Below are positions 1 to 12,728 of a DNA stretch of 64,000 bases, in pieces. This DNA comes from Scyliorhinus canicula (taxonomy: Eukaryota), in NCBI RefSeq assembly GCF_902713615.1, contig NC_052163.1, forward strand, positions 37,334,248 through 37,398,247. Direction: 5' to 3'. Both the position numbers and the translations under genes were made by a program. How positions within the stretch are numbered: the stretch's first letter is position 1; each line of letters opens with the position of its first letter. The notes under the pieces are model-generated. The model searched no databases. It had not been told where the DNA came from and worked only from the letters and a program-made list of their open reading frames with translations.

Positions 1-590
1 GGCCATTTATCTTGTTCCCGCCTAGAGGTTTACGTGGCTCAGCTGCTGGCCTCTCATCAATCGGAGGATCGCTGCTGGGGCGGCACCGATTTTGTTTGAC
101 GCAAAACGTCACGGATCCTCCAGACGTAGATCCCGAATCGAATCCAGCCCGTTGTCTTTGAGAGGAAACATTCAACTGTAACTCCCAGGTATCTGCTCAC
201 ACAGATAGAAAAGGCACTATTCAAAGGTGAGCAATGTATTCTCCAGCTATCCTGTTATTTAGCCAACACCACCAAAAACAGAGGAAATTATCATTCATTC
301 CGTTAATTGATGTTTGTGGAATCTCTCCCGTTCAAGTTGATTGTTGAGCTCGATTCCATAGCAATAGATACTGCAACTCAGAACAATCGCTGTCTGCCAC
401 ATACTTCAGGTGGTTCTGAGGATCTAAGTATCACTATTTCTTTCCTCTCTAACGTGTCTCCCGTTTTAATCTGTTGTCAGTCACACATATCAAGCTTTTT
501 AAGAATAATAACAGAAATTGGAATTTGTTACTAATTCGCAGCAACCAATATTTTACCAGGAAGAACACCAGGGAAATAAATGTTATCCAC

Positions 591-893
591 CTTTAACCTT
601 CAGTGTGATGGTTTGAATTCTGTGACCCGAAGTTGTTTCCACGTCGTACTGGTATGTTCCACCATCTGACAATTGTGTTTTCTGGATTATCAGTGAGATA
701 TCCAGTGAATTTGGGTGAAGTAATTTAATTCGACCTTGAGCTCCTCTGAAATGTGTGCTGCCGTTCAAGATTGTACTTCCATTTTTAGATATACGCAGTT
801 CCATCAAGTGAAGTGTGTTGATTTTGCATGGCAGTTCTGTGTCTCTATCAAATAGTCCTGTCACTGAATGGCTGCAATTTAAAGTTAGGAACT
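591..893 (-). CDS. Gene 1 IgV exon, B7-family (PD-L1/PD-L2-like) protein; downstream exons lie outside the window
   Basis: Acceptor ttttcag|AG at 894/893 and donor AAAG|gtggat at 591/590; 303 nt, phase 1-1. Translation (Q)FLTLNCSHSVTG..TELPC..RIKLL..DISLIIQKTQLSDGGTY..TITLKVK fits a V-set pattern and aligns with genes 2 and 3. Confidence 0.88.
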
Positions 894-945
894 CTGAAAA
901 ACAAACATATTCATTTCCTCCCATTATTGCCTCAGTGACAATCGC

Positions 946-1674
946 TGTTAAATCAACCACATATTCAGAAATACTTGGTACTTACGTGTTGCCAGGTATG
1001 TGCGTGTGGATAGGATGACACAAAGGAAAGTCACTGTGTGATAGAAACCCATCCCTGAAGGTAGTTCACCTGGGAAAATACAGAACCATTAAGTCTCAGG
1101 AATCTAATGAAACCTGCTGTTTTCACTATCTTAGGCATCACGTTAGCTTTTGTTTTAGGAAACTCGAAGAGCAAGGTAGAGCCGCATTAATAATTCCATT
1201 AAGGCACATTTGCATTACTAAAAAAAAAATGAATGCTCGTAATTATTTAATGTGCTTCAGGGGTAAAACAAAAACGAAACAATCAGTTTTTTAATGTTTT
1301 CCTACAGTTCCCACAGCCAGAACAGCAGAATCCACAAACTGATAACAGTTTACAAATGGACGGTGCAGCAATGTCCAATCTCGACAGGCTGTGTGGAATT
1401 TTGCATCAGCAACGGATTTTTGCCAAAATCAGTTCCCCGCAACGATTGACAGCTTTGCCGTGCAGTCGGACCGGGTACATTCCTCTATAACTGCTGTCCT
1501 ATCCTGGGATCTGGGTGGTCCGATTCTGGATGTTGGTCCGATCTCAGTGTTGTGATATCCCATCCGAATGGCTATCAATCGTTGAGCAAGTGCTGGCACA
1601 GCATTTCAAATGGGGGGGGGGGGGGGGGGGGGGCGTAAGTACCAAGTATTTCTGAATATGTGGTTGATTTAACA
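946..1674. repeat. Perfect 41-bp inverted repeat (946-986 and 1634-1674)
   Basis: tgttaaatcaaccacatattcagaaatacttggtacttacg at 946-986 is the exact reverse complement of 1634-1674; the right copy follows a 22-nt G run. Confidence 0.95.
986..1052 (-). CDS. Gene 1 start/signal-peptide exon (MGFYHTVTFLCVILSTRTYLAT)
   Basis: cttcag|GGATG acceptor, 67 coding nt, C|gtaagt donor, then a 92-nt intron to the IgV exon in the correct phase; hydrophobic leader homologous to the gene 2 leader. Confidence 0.85.
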
Positions 1675-2335
1675 ATGTGTTCTTTCAGACGGTCGGAGAC
1701 TCGATGGGCTGAATGGCCTCCTTCTGCACCGTCGGCATTCCATGAACTTCCTAGTTTCTCAACCGCTGCGTCCACTTACAGCCTGTGTGATCAGCAATCA
1801 GAAAGGACACGTTTAAATATCCCAAATGTATTTTCTAGTTTACCTTTGAGTTTAACAGCCTTTGAATGTTTGCAGTGAGTTATGTCGGCTTCTTGAGTGT
1901 AAGGGTTGAAACTGGGGGCATGCCGGAGGGTGACGCTGTTCGGGAGTGTTCGCCAGTGTCCTGAGATTAACCGCACTTCACTTAATGCTGAGGTCACCAT
2001 TCATATCCCAAACAATGTACATTTAACTGGGGCACAAATCTGTGTCTGTTTCTGGTAGAAGCACTGGTTCAGATTCCGATCTAATTACTTCTAATGGAGT
2101 CGCAGAGAATAATAAACTGTGTTGAAGGACCCGGTCCATTTTATTTTTAACAGCCCACTTTCCGCTTTTCTAGAGAGCGAGGCAGTCAGATTCCTGGCTG
2201 TTATTGTGTTATTGTGTCTCAATGCGGGAATACAGCAACAATTACATTTTACGTTTCAAATTCGTTGCCTGCTTTAATTTCTGCTAAATCAATCCTTCCT
2301 CCACCTTTACCTAAATTTACCAATTGTATACTCAC

Positions 2336-2590
2336 GAGTTTTAGATAAGAGTCGATTAAACTTTTCCCAAGTTTTCTGCAAGTCAAGACTGCACCTTTGG
2401 TTCCAAGCAAAATGCGGAGTTCCAACCTGCCCAGCGGTTCAAACTGCCCCAAGTTAAATCGGCCAGCTTGACAATTGCTGTCGGTGATTGCAGGGGTCTG
2501 GGTCTGCACAGTGAGACCCGGAGCTGGGGTTTGCGGCGGAGCGAGTCACAGCCTCTGGGCTCTGCATCCAGTCTGGAATAGTTATCAACC
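2336..2590 (-). other. Probable non-coding exon 1 / proximal promoter of gene 1
   Basis: Donor AACTC|gtgagt at 2336/2335. The sequence is homologous to 32710-32885 upstream of gene 2 (shared ttcaaac..ccaag, gacccgga..gctggg..ggagcgagtca, tccagtctgg). The 5' end is a guess. Confidence 0.45.
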
Positions 2591-2716
2591 AACGCCTGTC
2601 AGTTTATGTTGATAACAGTGAACATTGATCTGCAACTCCTCGATCCTCCACTAGTCCTCTCTGCCTGCCAATGATCAGCCAATACACTGACTCCTCCGTT
2701 TTTCTTCCCTTCTTAC

Positions 2717-4717
2717 AGGAAATGTATCAAAGAAAAAGAGAGATCCTATAAAGTGGCCAAAAGCACTGGGAAATCAGAAGATTGGGAAGGCTACAAAAAC
2801 AAACAGAGGTTAACAAAGAGACACATAAGGAAGGAGAGGATCAAATATGAAGGCAGGCTAGCCAGTAATATAAGAAATGATAGTAAAAGTTTCTTTCAAT
2901 ACAGTAGAAACAAACGACAGGCCAAAGTAGACATTGGGCCAATTCAAACTGATTCTGGAGGGCTAGTGATGGGAGACGAGGAAATGGCTGGAGAACTTAA
3001 TAAGTACTTTGCGTCTGTCTTCACAGTGGAAGACATGAGTAATATCCCAAAAATTATAAAGGGTCAGGGGGCTGAGTTGAGTATGGTTGCCATTACAAAA
3101 GAGATGGTGCTAAAAAAGCTAAAAGGTCTTAAAATTGACAAATCTCCTGGCCCCGATGGGCTACATCCTAGAGTTCTGAGGGAGGTGACTGAAGAAATAG
3201 GGGAAGCGTTGGTTGAGATCTTTCAAAAATCACTGGAGTCAGGGAAAGTCCCGGACGATTGGAAGATCGCTGTTGTAACCCCCTTGTTCAAGAAAGGATC
3301 AAGACAAAAGATGGAAAATTATAGGCTAATTAGCCTAACATCGGTTGTTGGTAAAATTCTAGAATCGATCGTTAAGGATGAGATTTCTAAATTCTTGGAA
3401 GAGCAGGGTCGGATTAGAACAAGTCAACATGGATTTAGTAAGGGGAGGTCGTGCCTGACGAACCTGTTAGAATTCTTTGAGGAGGTGACAAGTAGGTTAG
3501 ACCAGGGAAACCCAGTGGATGTGGTCTATCTGGATTTCCAAAAGGCCTTTGATAAGGTGCCACACAGGAGGCTGCTGAGTAAGGTGAGGGCCCATGGTGT
3601 TAGAGGTGAGCTACTGGCATGGGTTGAGGATTGGCTGTCTGACAGAAGGCAGAGAGTTGGGATAAAAGGTTCTTTTTCGGAATGGCAGCCGGTGACCAGC
3701 GGTGTCCCACAGGGTTCAGTGTTGGGGCCGCAGCTGTTCACCATATATATTAATGATCTGGATGAAGGGACTGGGGGCATTCTAGCGAAGTTTGCCGATG
3801 ATACAAAGTTAGGTGGTCAGGCAGGTAGTGCTGAGGAAGTGGGGAGGCTGCAGAAGGATCTAGACAGTTTGGGAGAGTGGTGCAGGAAATGGCTGATGCA
3901 ATTCAACGTGAGAAAATGTGAGGTCTTGCACTTTGGAAAAAAGAATCCAAGCATAGACTACTTTCTAAACGGTGAGAAAATTCATAATGCCAAAGTACAA
4001 AGGGATCTGGGAGTGCTAGTCGAGGATTCCCTAAAGGTAAACATGCAGGTTGAATCCGTGATTAAGAAAGCGAATGCAATGTTGTCATTTATCTCAAGAG
4101 GGTTGGAATATAAAAGCAGCGATGTGCTACTGAGCCTTTATAAGGCTCTGGTTAGGCCCCATTTGGAGTACTGTGTCCAGTTTTGGGCCCCACATCTCAG
4201 GAAGGACACTCTGGCACTGGAGCGTGTCCAGCGGAGATTCACACGGATGATCCCTGGAATGGCGGGTCTAACATATGAGGAACGGCTGAGGATCCTGGGA
4301 TTGTATTCATTGGAGTTTAGAAGGTTAAGGGGAGATCTAATAGAAACTTACAAGATAATACATGGTTTAGAAAGGGTGGACGCAAAGAAACTGTTTCCGT
4401 TAGGCGAGGAGACGAGGACCCGTGGGCACAGCCTTAGAATTAGAGGGGGTAAATTCAGAACAGAAATGTGGAGACATTTCTTCAGCCAGAGAGTGGTGGG
4501 CCTGTGGAATTCATTGCCGCGGAGTGCAGTGGAGGCCGGGACGCTAAATGGCTTCAAGGCAGAGATAGATAAATTCTTGATGTCGCGAGGAATTAAGGGC
4601 TACGGGGAGAATGCTGGTAAGTGGAGTTGAAATGCCCATCAGCCATGATTGAATGGCGGAGTGGACTCGATGGGCCGAATGGCCTTACTTCCACTCCTAT
4701 GTCTTATGGTCTTATGG
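2717..4717 (+). mobile_element. 5'-truncated CR1-type LINE with uninterrupted RT-half ORF (2753-4630)
   Basis: KSPGPDG, GVPQGSVLGP, FADD and RPHLEYC motifs; (cttatggt)n tail; TCTTAC on both flanks (2711-2716, 4718-4723). Confidence 0.95.
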
Positions 4718-5471
4718 TCTTACCTTTCCCATTCGGCATGACTGGACTTGACAAGTGAAAAGACAAACAATTGCGCCTGAGCCGTCGCCCAGTTTTCCCC
4801 AGCAGGATGCACATCGATGTTGTGGTGAGATGCAATTTAATTTTCCCTTGCAAATGTTTCAATGGGGGAATCCTGTGAATCAATTTGACATTTTTTAATC
4901 CGGCAAGGAGCTCTTTTTCGCAACCAGGGAAGTCTGTTGATTTAAACAATAGATGGGGGACAATTCCAATTCAGGCAAATAATGAGGGGAAATTAATTTT
5001 AAAAAAGATCATCTGAGATTTAAACTTAGTTCCTGACTAAAAAAGTTTCTCGTTATTTTTTTACTATTTTTTTCAGAAGAATAACATTAAAGTTTGTTCA
5101 TTTTTATACCCCAGGGAATCTCACATCAGACACAAAATGGGAATTAGGAGATGGTAAATCACATTGCTTCTGTGTTTGACCAAGGAGACGTTGTCAGATC
5201 ATGATGAAAGAGAAGGCAGTTCAGACACTTGAAGGGTTTAAAATTGATAACCAATAATAATGTCGCTGAATGAACACAGGACATCCTGAAGGGGGAGGGT
5301 GAACTGCCAGAGGTCGCACTACATATAGATATTAACGACATAGGCAGGAAGATTGATGAGGTCCTGCAGAAGGAGTTCAGGGAGTTCTACAGGAAGCTAA
5401 AAAGCAGGGACTTGAGGGTTGTAATCTCAGGATTACTCAATTACTCAATCTTAACAGAGCACTGACCCTTG

Positions 5472-8400
5472 TGATACACCATCAATAACACACAATGAGT
5501 GATGAACGTGACTGAGGCTTTAATACACTAAACAACAAGCCTCCTGCCTCTGGACTCGATCTGGGCCCAGAGGTGGAGACTTGCCACTTTTATACAGGAG
5601 CTCAAGGGGAGGAGCCACAGAAGGAGCCAGCCTGGATAAGCCCAGGCATGCACAATACAGTACAATACATATCATGCAATAACGTGCTTTACCACATTCA
5701 CCCCGTGTTTAAAAAAGAGTCCGCGGGGGTGAAGCGGTCTTAAAGGTCAAGTCTGTTGGAGGCCTTGACCTTCCCCCGTGATCGCCTCAGTCCCGGCTGT
5801 GCTGTGGGCGCCGGCATCAAGACCTGCGCATCCGGGAGCGTGTTGTCTTCTTCTTCACCCAGATGTTGAGTCGGCGAAGGTGCATGGGCGGAGGTGGTGG
5901 TGCTTGTCGCCGGTGGGCCTGCGGGTGTCAGTTCGTGAGGGAGATGGGCAGAGGTGGGGGAAGATGGTGTAGGGTGGAGGGTGGTGGTGATGGTCACCGG
6001 GGAGCCTGCAGGAGCCAAATCCCGATGGGAGACCATGTCCTGCCGCCCGTCCATGTAGGCATATTGGGGTTTGCATGGAGCAGCAGGACATTCTCGACGA
6101 TGGGGTTGGTTTTATGGCTCCTCGCATGCTTACGGAGAAAGATGGGCCCTGAGACTGTCAACTGGTTGTCCTGCTGGAGGTGATGCCTTTGCTGAGCAGG
6201 AACTGATGCAACTCATCGCTCATAAAGGAGGAGCCCCGATCACTGTGGATGTAGGTGGGGAATCCGAACAGGGTGAAAAGACTGTGCAGGGCCTTGATAA
6301 CAGAGGCTGAGGTCATGTCAGAGCAGGGGATAGCGAAGGGGAATCTGGAGTACTCGTCAACGATGTTGAGGAAGTACACGTTACGGTCAGTGGAGGGGAG
6401 GGGCCCTTTGAAGTCCCTGCTGAGGCGCTCGAAGGGGTGGGAGGCCTTTACCAGATGTGCTCTGTCTAGCCGATAGAAGTACGGTTTTCACTCCGCGCAG
6501 ACCTGGCAGTCCATGGTCACGGACCTGACCTCGATGGAGTAAGGCAGGTTGCGAGCCTTGATGAAGTGGAAATACTGGGTAGCCCCGGGTGACAGAGGTC
6601 ATTGTGGAGGGCCCGGAGTCGGTCTACTTGTGCACAGGCACATGTACCACGGGAGAGGGCTTCTGGGGGCTCATTGAGCTTCCTGGGTCGATACAAGATA
6701 TCATAGCTGTAGGTGGAGAGCTCGATCCTCCACCTCAGGATCCTGTCATTCTTGATCTTGCCCTGCTGTGTGTTATTAATTATGAAGGCAACCGACTGTT
6801 GGTCAGTGAGGAGAGTGAATCGCCTGCTGGCCAGATAATGGCTCCAATGTCTACGATGGCTTGGGCCTTCTTTTCGACGGCGGAGTGTTGAATTTCGGAG
6901 GCATATATGGTACGGGAGAAGAAAGCCACGGGCCTGCCCGCCTAGTTGAGTGTAGCAGCCAGAGCAAAGTCCTCCACTTCGCTCTCCACTTTAAATGGGA
7001 TGGACTCGTCCACAGTGTGCATCGTGGCTTTGGCAATGTCTGCTTTGATGGGTTTGAAGGCCAGTCGGGCCTCAGCCGTCAGGGGAAAAATGGTGGATTT
7101 GATCAGTGGACAGGCCTTGCCGCATAATTGGGGACCCACTGGGCATAGTAAGAGAAGAACCCCAGGCATCTCTTCAGGGCTTGGGGCAGTGGGCAACAGG
7201 GAGGTCCAGGGGGTGGCGCATGCGGTCGGGGTCGGGCCCAAGGACTCCGTGTTCCACGACGTAGCCGAGGATGGCCAGGCGGGTTGTGCGGAAAACATAT
7301 TTCTCTCTATTATAAGTTAGGTTCAGGAGTTTAGTGGTGTGGAAGAAGCACCGGAGGTTCTCATCATGGTCCTGCTGGTCACGGCCGCAGATGGTGATGT
7401 TGTCTAGGTATGGGAACGTGGCCCGCAGCTCGTACTGGTTAACCATTCGGTCAATTTCTCTTTGGAAGACCGAGACCCCGTTGGTGACGCCGAAGGGAAC
7501 CCTGAGGAAGTGATAGAGGCAGTCGCCTGCCTCAAAGTCAGTGTATTGGCTGTCCTCTGGGCGGATAGGGAGCTGGTGATACGCAGACTTCAAGTCGACT
7601 GCAGAGAAGACTTGATATTGCGCAATCTGATTGACCATGTCAGATATGTGGGGGAGGGGGTACGCATCGAGCTGCATGTACCGGTTGATAGTCTGGCTAT
7701 AATCAATGACCATCCGGTGCTTCTCTCCAGTCTTGACGACCACCACTTGGGCTCTCCAGGGGCTGTTACTAGCCTCAATGATTCCCTCTCGCAGGAGTCG
7801 CTGGACCTCCGACCTGATGAAGGCCCTGTCCTGGGCACTGTAGCGTCTTCTTCTAGTAGCGATGGGCTTACAGTCCGGGGTGAGGTTTGCGAAGGGGGAG
7901 GGTGGGGCGACCTTAAGGGTTGCGAGGCTACAGACGGTGAGGGGGAGCAGGGGTCCGATGAACTTTAAGGTAAGGCTCTGGAGATGGCACTGGAAGTCGA
8001 GACCCAGTAATAGAGCAGCGCAGAGATGGGGAAGGACGTAGAGTTTAAAGTTGGTGTACTCTACGCCTTGTACAGTGAGGGTCGCGACACAGTACCCCCG
8101 GATTTCTACTGCGTGGGATCCGGAAGCCAGGGAGATTTTCTGGGTCGCGGGTAGGATGTGGAGCGAGCAGTGCCTTACCGTATCTGGGTGTATGAAGCTG
8201 TCTGTGCTCCCAGAGTTGAAAAGGCAGGCCGCCTCGTGCCCGTTGATCTGGACGGTCATCATTGACTTCGCGAGGTGGTGCTGCCATGACTGGTCGAGTG
8301 TGACGGAGGCGAGTGTCGGAAGGCGGTCGGTAGGCCGGTCGGAGGTAGCAGCGCCAGCGTACGATCGGGTGAGCAGGGCCCCCGGCAGGCTGCTGAGTGG

Positions 8401-9537
8401 TCCCAAGATGGCGGACCGCGTGGGTCGCAAGCGTTGGCCAAAATTAAAGATGGCGGCGCCCACGGGTCACAGATGGCCGGGTGGCGCAGCAGTTGGGGGG
8501 TGGCCCCGACAGGCAGCGCTGCTGGGCCTAGAAGATTTAGGGGAAGAGCCGACCTGGCAGGCTTTTGCAAAATGGCCCTTCTTCCCACAGCCGTTGCAAG
8601 TTGCGTTCCGTGGCAGGCAGCGTTGTCGGGATGATTACTCTGGCCGCAGAAGTAGCACTTCGGGCTTCCAGTGTTGGTGGGCCACTGTACGGCGCAGGCT
8701 TGCGTTGCACCTGGGTCGGTTGATGGCTGCGCCCACGAGGGTGCCGCACGGTCGGAGGTGTAGGCCCCCATGTCTGGGAGGCCACCTCCAGCGAGCTGGA
8801 GAGTTGTACTGTCTCTGAGAGGCCGAGTGTCCCCTCTTCTAATAGTCGCTGGCGGATATAGTCAGAGTTCATGCCTGTGACACAAGCGTCCCTGATCAGC
8901 AGCTCCACATGCTGGGTAGCCGATATCGCCCGACAGTTGCAGTTCTGGCCGAGGATGCATAGGGCATGCAGGAATTCTGTGAGTGATTCCCCAGGGCGTT
9001 GCCGTCTCGGAGGCAAGGAGGTGTCTGGCATATACCTGGTTAGCGGATTTCACATATTGTCCTTTTAGCAGCGTTATCACTTCCACGTACGAGGGGGCGT
9101 TCCTAATGAGGGGAAAGACCCTTGGGCTCACCCGTGCGTGGAGGACCTACTACTTCTGGAGGTCTGTGAGGTCTTCGTTGAAGGATGCGAGGAACACCTC
9201 GAAGCAGCTTAGCCAGTGTTCAAAAGTCTCTGTAGCGTCGGCTGCTTGTGGGTCCAATTCCAAGCGATCAGGCTTGAGTGATGAGTTCACCTTGAGGAGT
9301 TTAGTGGATTAAATTGATACCATCAATAACACACGACGAGTGATGAACGTGACTGAGGCTTTGATACACTAAACAGCAAGCCTCCTGCCTCTGGACCCGA
9401 ACTGGGTCCGGAGGCGGAGACTTGCCACTTTTATACAGAAGTCCGAGGGCAGGAGCCACAGGTGGAGCCAGCCTGGACAAGCCCAGGCATGCACAATACA
9501 GTACAATACATACTATGCAATAGCATGGTTTACCACA
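5472..9537 (-). mobile_element. Ty3/Gypsy LTR retrotransposon, about 4.1 kb, degenerate
   Basis: LTRs at 5472-5696 and 9315-9537 (TG..CA on the minus strand, about 22 mismatches over about 223 nt by hand count); CCTTG target duplication on both sides; gag, protease, RT (PWRAQVVV, PFGV, YLDN), RNase H and integrase (HSDRG) order, with frameshifts. Confidence 0.95.
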
Positions 9538-10509
9538 CCTTGTTATGCTATTAACTTAGTCTACTATCTTACCTTTCTGATACCATCAGCACCTTCTTTA
9601 CTCTTTCATTAACACAACCATTAACACTTCTTTTGTTTTGCTTCCATGACATCCTTGTTGATGTTACCTGAACTCCCATCTATTCCTGACCTATTTTGCT
9701 CCACCCACTCCACACCCTCTTGCAGCAAGGGAAAGAAGTCCCTGGTGGGAGTAATCTGCATGTCCTCAAACAATAGTTCCACAGTGGGGCATGTTAGCGA
9801 GAAACTAATTATATATTAATAAAAAGATGTTCTAGGTTAAAAGTAGCACATCGGGAGTGGAAAACCGGTAGGCAAAGGGTTAAATTGTTGGATTAGCCAG
9901 AAACCTTAAGGAAACCTGCATTCAGGATAATTCAATCATTTTACAGAACATTATAATAACAATGGGGAACCCACGTCACAAGACTATGGCCCCAGTTTGA
10001 CTGCAGGAGATTCACTGTTCTACCCAGAGCAGGGAATACAAAACCATTAATGCTTCATCAAGGACTAACGGCATTATTTCAGGTTAAGGGAAACATTCTG
10101 AACATGATCTGGTAACTTGCAAAAACCCATTGTATGAGTAAATCGGTTTTCCATTGAAGGGGCTCAGGAAACATCTCTACCGATACCTCCTGATCAGATT
10201 GTATTGTATGAAATTGATTGATGATGTCAATGCTGATCTGTAATTGTGAACAAACTAAAATATATGTGCATGAAATCCCTGTAACAATTAGAACAGACTC
10301 ATGCAAGCTGAAGGCAGCAGCAGCTTCTGGTTCTCCTGTTGCGCTCACAGCCATTTTTCGAATAAACAAAAGTTTCACCAACACCATGCAAACGGACTCT
10401 GGGCATTTTTTTCCTCCAACTGGGCACATTATAAACCGAGAAATATCGGCGGCTTGTAAGAAATGTATGACAATAATCACGTGGGAGCATAATTTGCAAA
10501 TAAACCAGT

Positions 10510-11240
10510 TTGATCCATTTGGTAAGGGTAGCCTCAAGGGGGAGTTCATTGAATGTATTTGAGATTGTTTCTTGGAGCAATTTTGTGGAACCAACCAGGG
10601 AACAAACTATTCTGGATTTGGTTTTGTGTCATGAGGAGGCATTAAACTAATGACCTCATAGCTAAGGATCTTCTGTGGAAGAATGATTGCACCAAGAATC
10701 AATTGCAAATTCAGTTTGAAGGGAGTCCCACACTAGCGTTCTAGAGTTAGACAAAGGTAATTACATGGGCATGGAGACAGATTTGACCCCAGTGGACTGG
10801 GCAGGAAGACTGAAATGCAGTGCAGTTGATGAGCAGCGGCAGTTGTTTCAATTCCTCCAAACTAAAATATATTCCAGAGAGGAAGAAAGGGGGGAAAACA
10901 TCCATAGGTAAGCAAAGAAGTAAAAGATAACATAAGTACAAAAACTAAGGCATATCATATTGCAAAGGCCTGTGTCAGGATGGAAGATTGAGAAACTTTA
11001 AATATCAACAAAGGGTTACAAAAAAAGGAGCAAAAATAGGAAAGGAAAATTCTAACAGAAAACTAGCGCAATATATGAAAATGGATGGCAAAAGCTTCTC
11101 TAAGTATATAAAAAGTAAAAGAGTAGCTAAAGTAAATGTTGGTCCCTTGGAGGATGGGAGTAGGGAGCTAATAATGTGGAACACAGAAATGGCAGAGATG
11201 CCAAATCAAAATTTTGCCCCAGTTTTCACATTGGAGGTGT
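10510..11240 (+). mobile_element. Old degenerate CR1 ORF2 fragment
   Basis: GKGSLKGEFIECI, KYIKSKRVAKVNVGPL and FAPVFT remnants with stops and frameshifts. Confidence 0.75.
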
Positions 11241-11286
11241 AATCCCTCTCTTTAACTCTGAAGAGGTCATGTGGTCATGAAACATT

Positions 11287-12157
11287 GGACAGGATTCTCC
11301 ATTTCTGAGAAGTGTTGATGCCAACACAGAATTCGTGGACTTTCACGACAGAAAAACTGGTGCCACACCTGGACCGATTCCGCTACTATTAAGGGGCTAG
11401 CACCGGGACCGCGTGGAATACAATCAATTCAAATGAAAAAAACAGTGCAGGATTCACCAGGTCCGTGATTGACACTCGGGAGGCTGACAAGCTGCAGCTG
11501 CACATACACATTACAAGCCCGAAACACACACACATACCAGTTAACAAGATTGCACTGGTTGTCCTGGAGCGCCTCGTACAGCTGATGGGTCGGCTGGGGT
11601 CGGAGGGCACCTAGGGGCGGTGCCCTGGGGTACACCCATACGGCCTGTGGCACTAAGTTCAAAGTGGGCTGTCAGCGGTGTATGCAGTTGCATGGCTGCC
11701 TTGCCGGCTGCTGCAATCGTGTTTGATGCGGGTCAGCCCCGACCCCACAGCCCACCACCTGGCCACTCCCCACTCCTCCTCACCCCGGCCCTGGCAGAAG
11801 CCCCCTGGCCAGCGGCACAAATGTCAGCAAATTATGGTGAAGTTGGACACTTTCCATACACCCTCTCTCTCCCTTTCGCGATTTTTAAAAGTACAAGTGT
11901 ACCGCGCCATCAGGAATTCGGCCCATCGGAGGCAGAGAATCACAGAGGCTCCGGAGAATAATGGGTCGGGCATGCCAATGACATGCAAACAGTGTTCACT
12001 GTACGAGCGTTCCGGAGCGCATTGACGCTGCTGTTGAGGTGACGGAGAATAGCGATTTGGTGCCAAATCAGCACATGCCGCGATTTTGACATCGGAACCG
12101 ATTCTCCACCCAATTGTTTTTCCCGATTTTGCCGTCAGCTAACGGAGAATCGTGCCC
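11287..12157. mobile_element. Non-autonomous Harbinger-type DNA element (MITE-like)
   Basis: Imperfect TIRs ggacaggattctcc / ggagaatcgtgccc, flanked by a 3-bp ATT duplication. Confidence 0.7.
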
Positions 12158-12728
12158 ATTATCCCTGTTTCTCTCTCCACAGATGCTGCCAGATGTGCTG
12201 AGTTTATCCAGTATTTTCTGTTTTTATTTCAGATTTGTAGCATTCCAGCATTGCTTTTATTTTAGATTATGTTCATCACAACAGGAACCAAAATCATCCA
12301 ATATACATATTTGTGAATTTTGCTCATGATTGAAATCCAATAGGTACTTTCAAATACATGATTAGTGTTTTTTATGAAATATAAAACTTCTTCAGTTAAC
12401 TTTCTACAATGACATTGAGCGTTGCAATAGAACAATACTTTGGAGTAATCAAAGGTGATCCGTATTGTTTACCTATTTATAGCTCAGACCCATCAAACAG
12501 GAAATATGTACGGAATACAGTGGGCTCCAATACAGAGTATCAATTGCAGCATAATTAAGAGCCTTCCCTGACCAATATAGGCAATAAGCTTTTGGGTTGT
12601 AATTAGCACCCTAAGTGAGGCTTGCACGTCACCTGAGAGTCCCTCTCTATTTACACACAGCTGAGTCATTCAGGTGAACAGGAGGATATAAGTCTCATTT
12701 CCCGGTAAACCATTCACTGACTTTTGCT

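Noticed and set aside
2690-2720. Plus-strand splice-acceptor-like tract (..cttcccttcttacag|gaaatg) leading into the CR1 RT ORF
   Set aside because: It is explained by the pyrimidine-rich promoter sequence shared with gene 2 plus the LINE junction. There is no evidence for a plus-strand host exon.
7174-8463. Non-canonical catalytic motifs in the first Gypsy (RT YLDN, protease LFNSG)
   Set aside because: Both Asp-to-Asn changes are GAC-to-AAC after a C, as expected from CpG decay in a copy whose LTRs are about 10% diverged. YLDN could be family-wide, but one decayed copy cannot show that.
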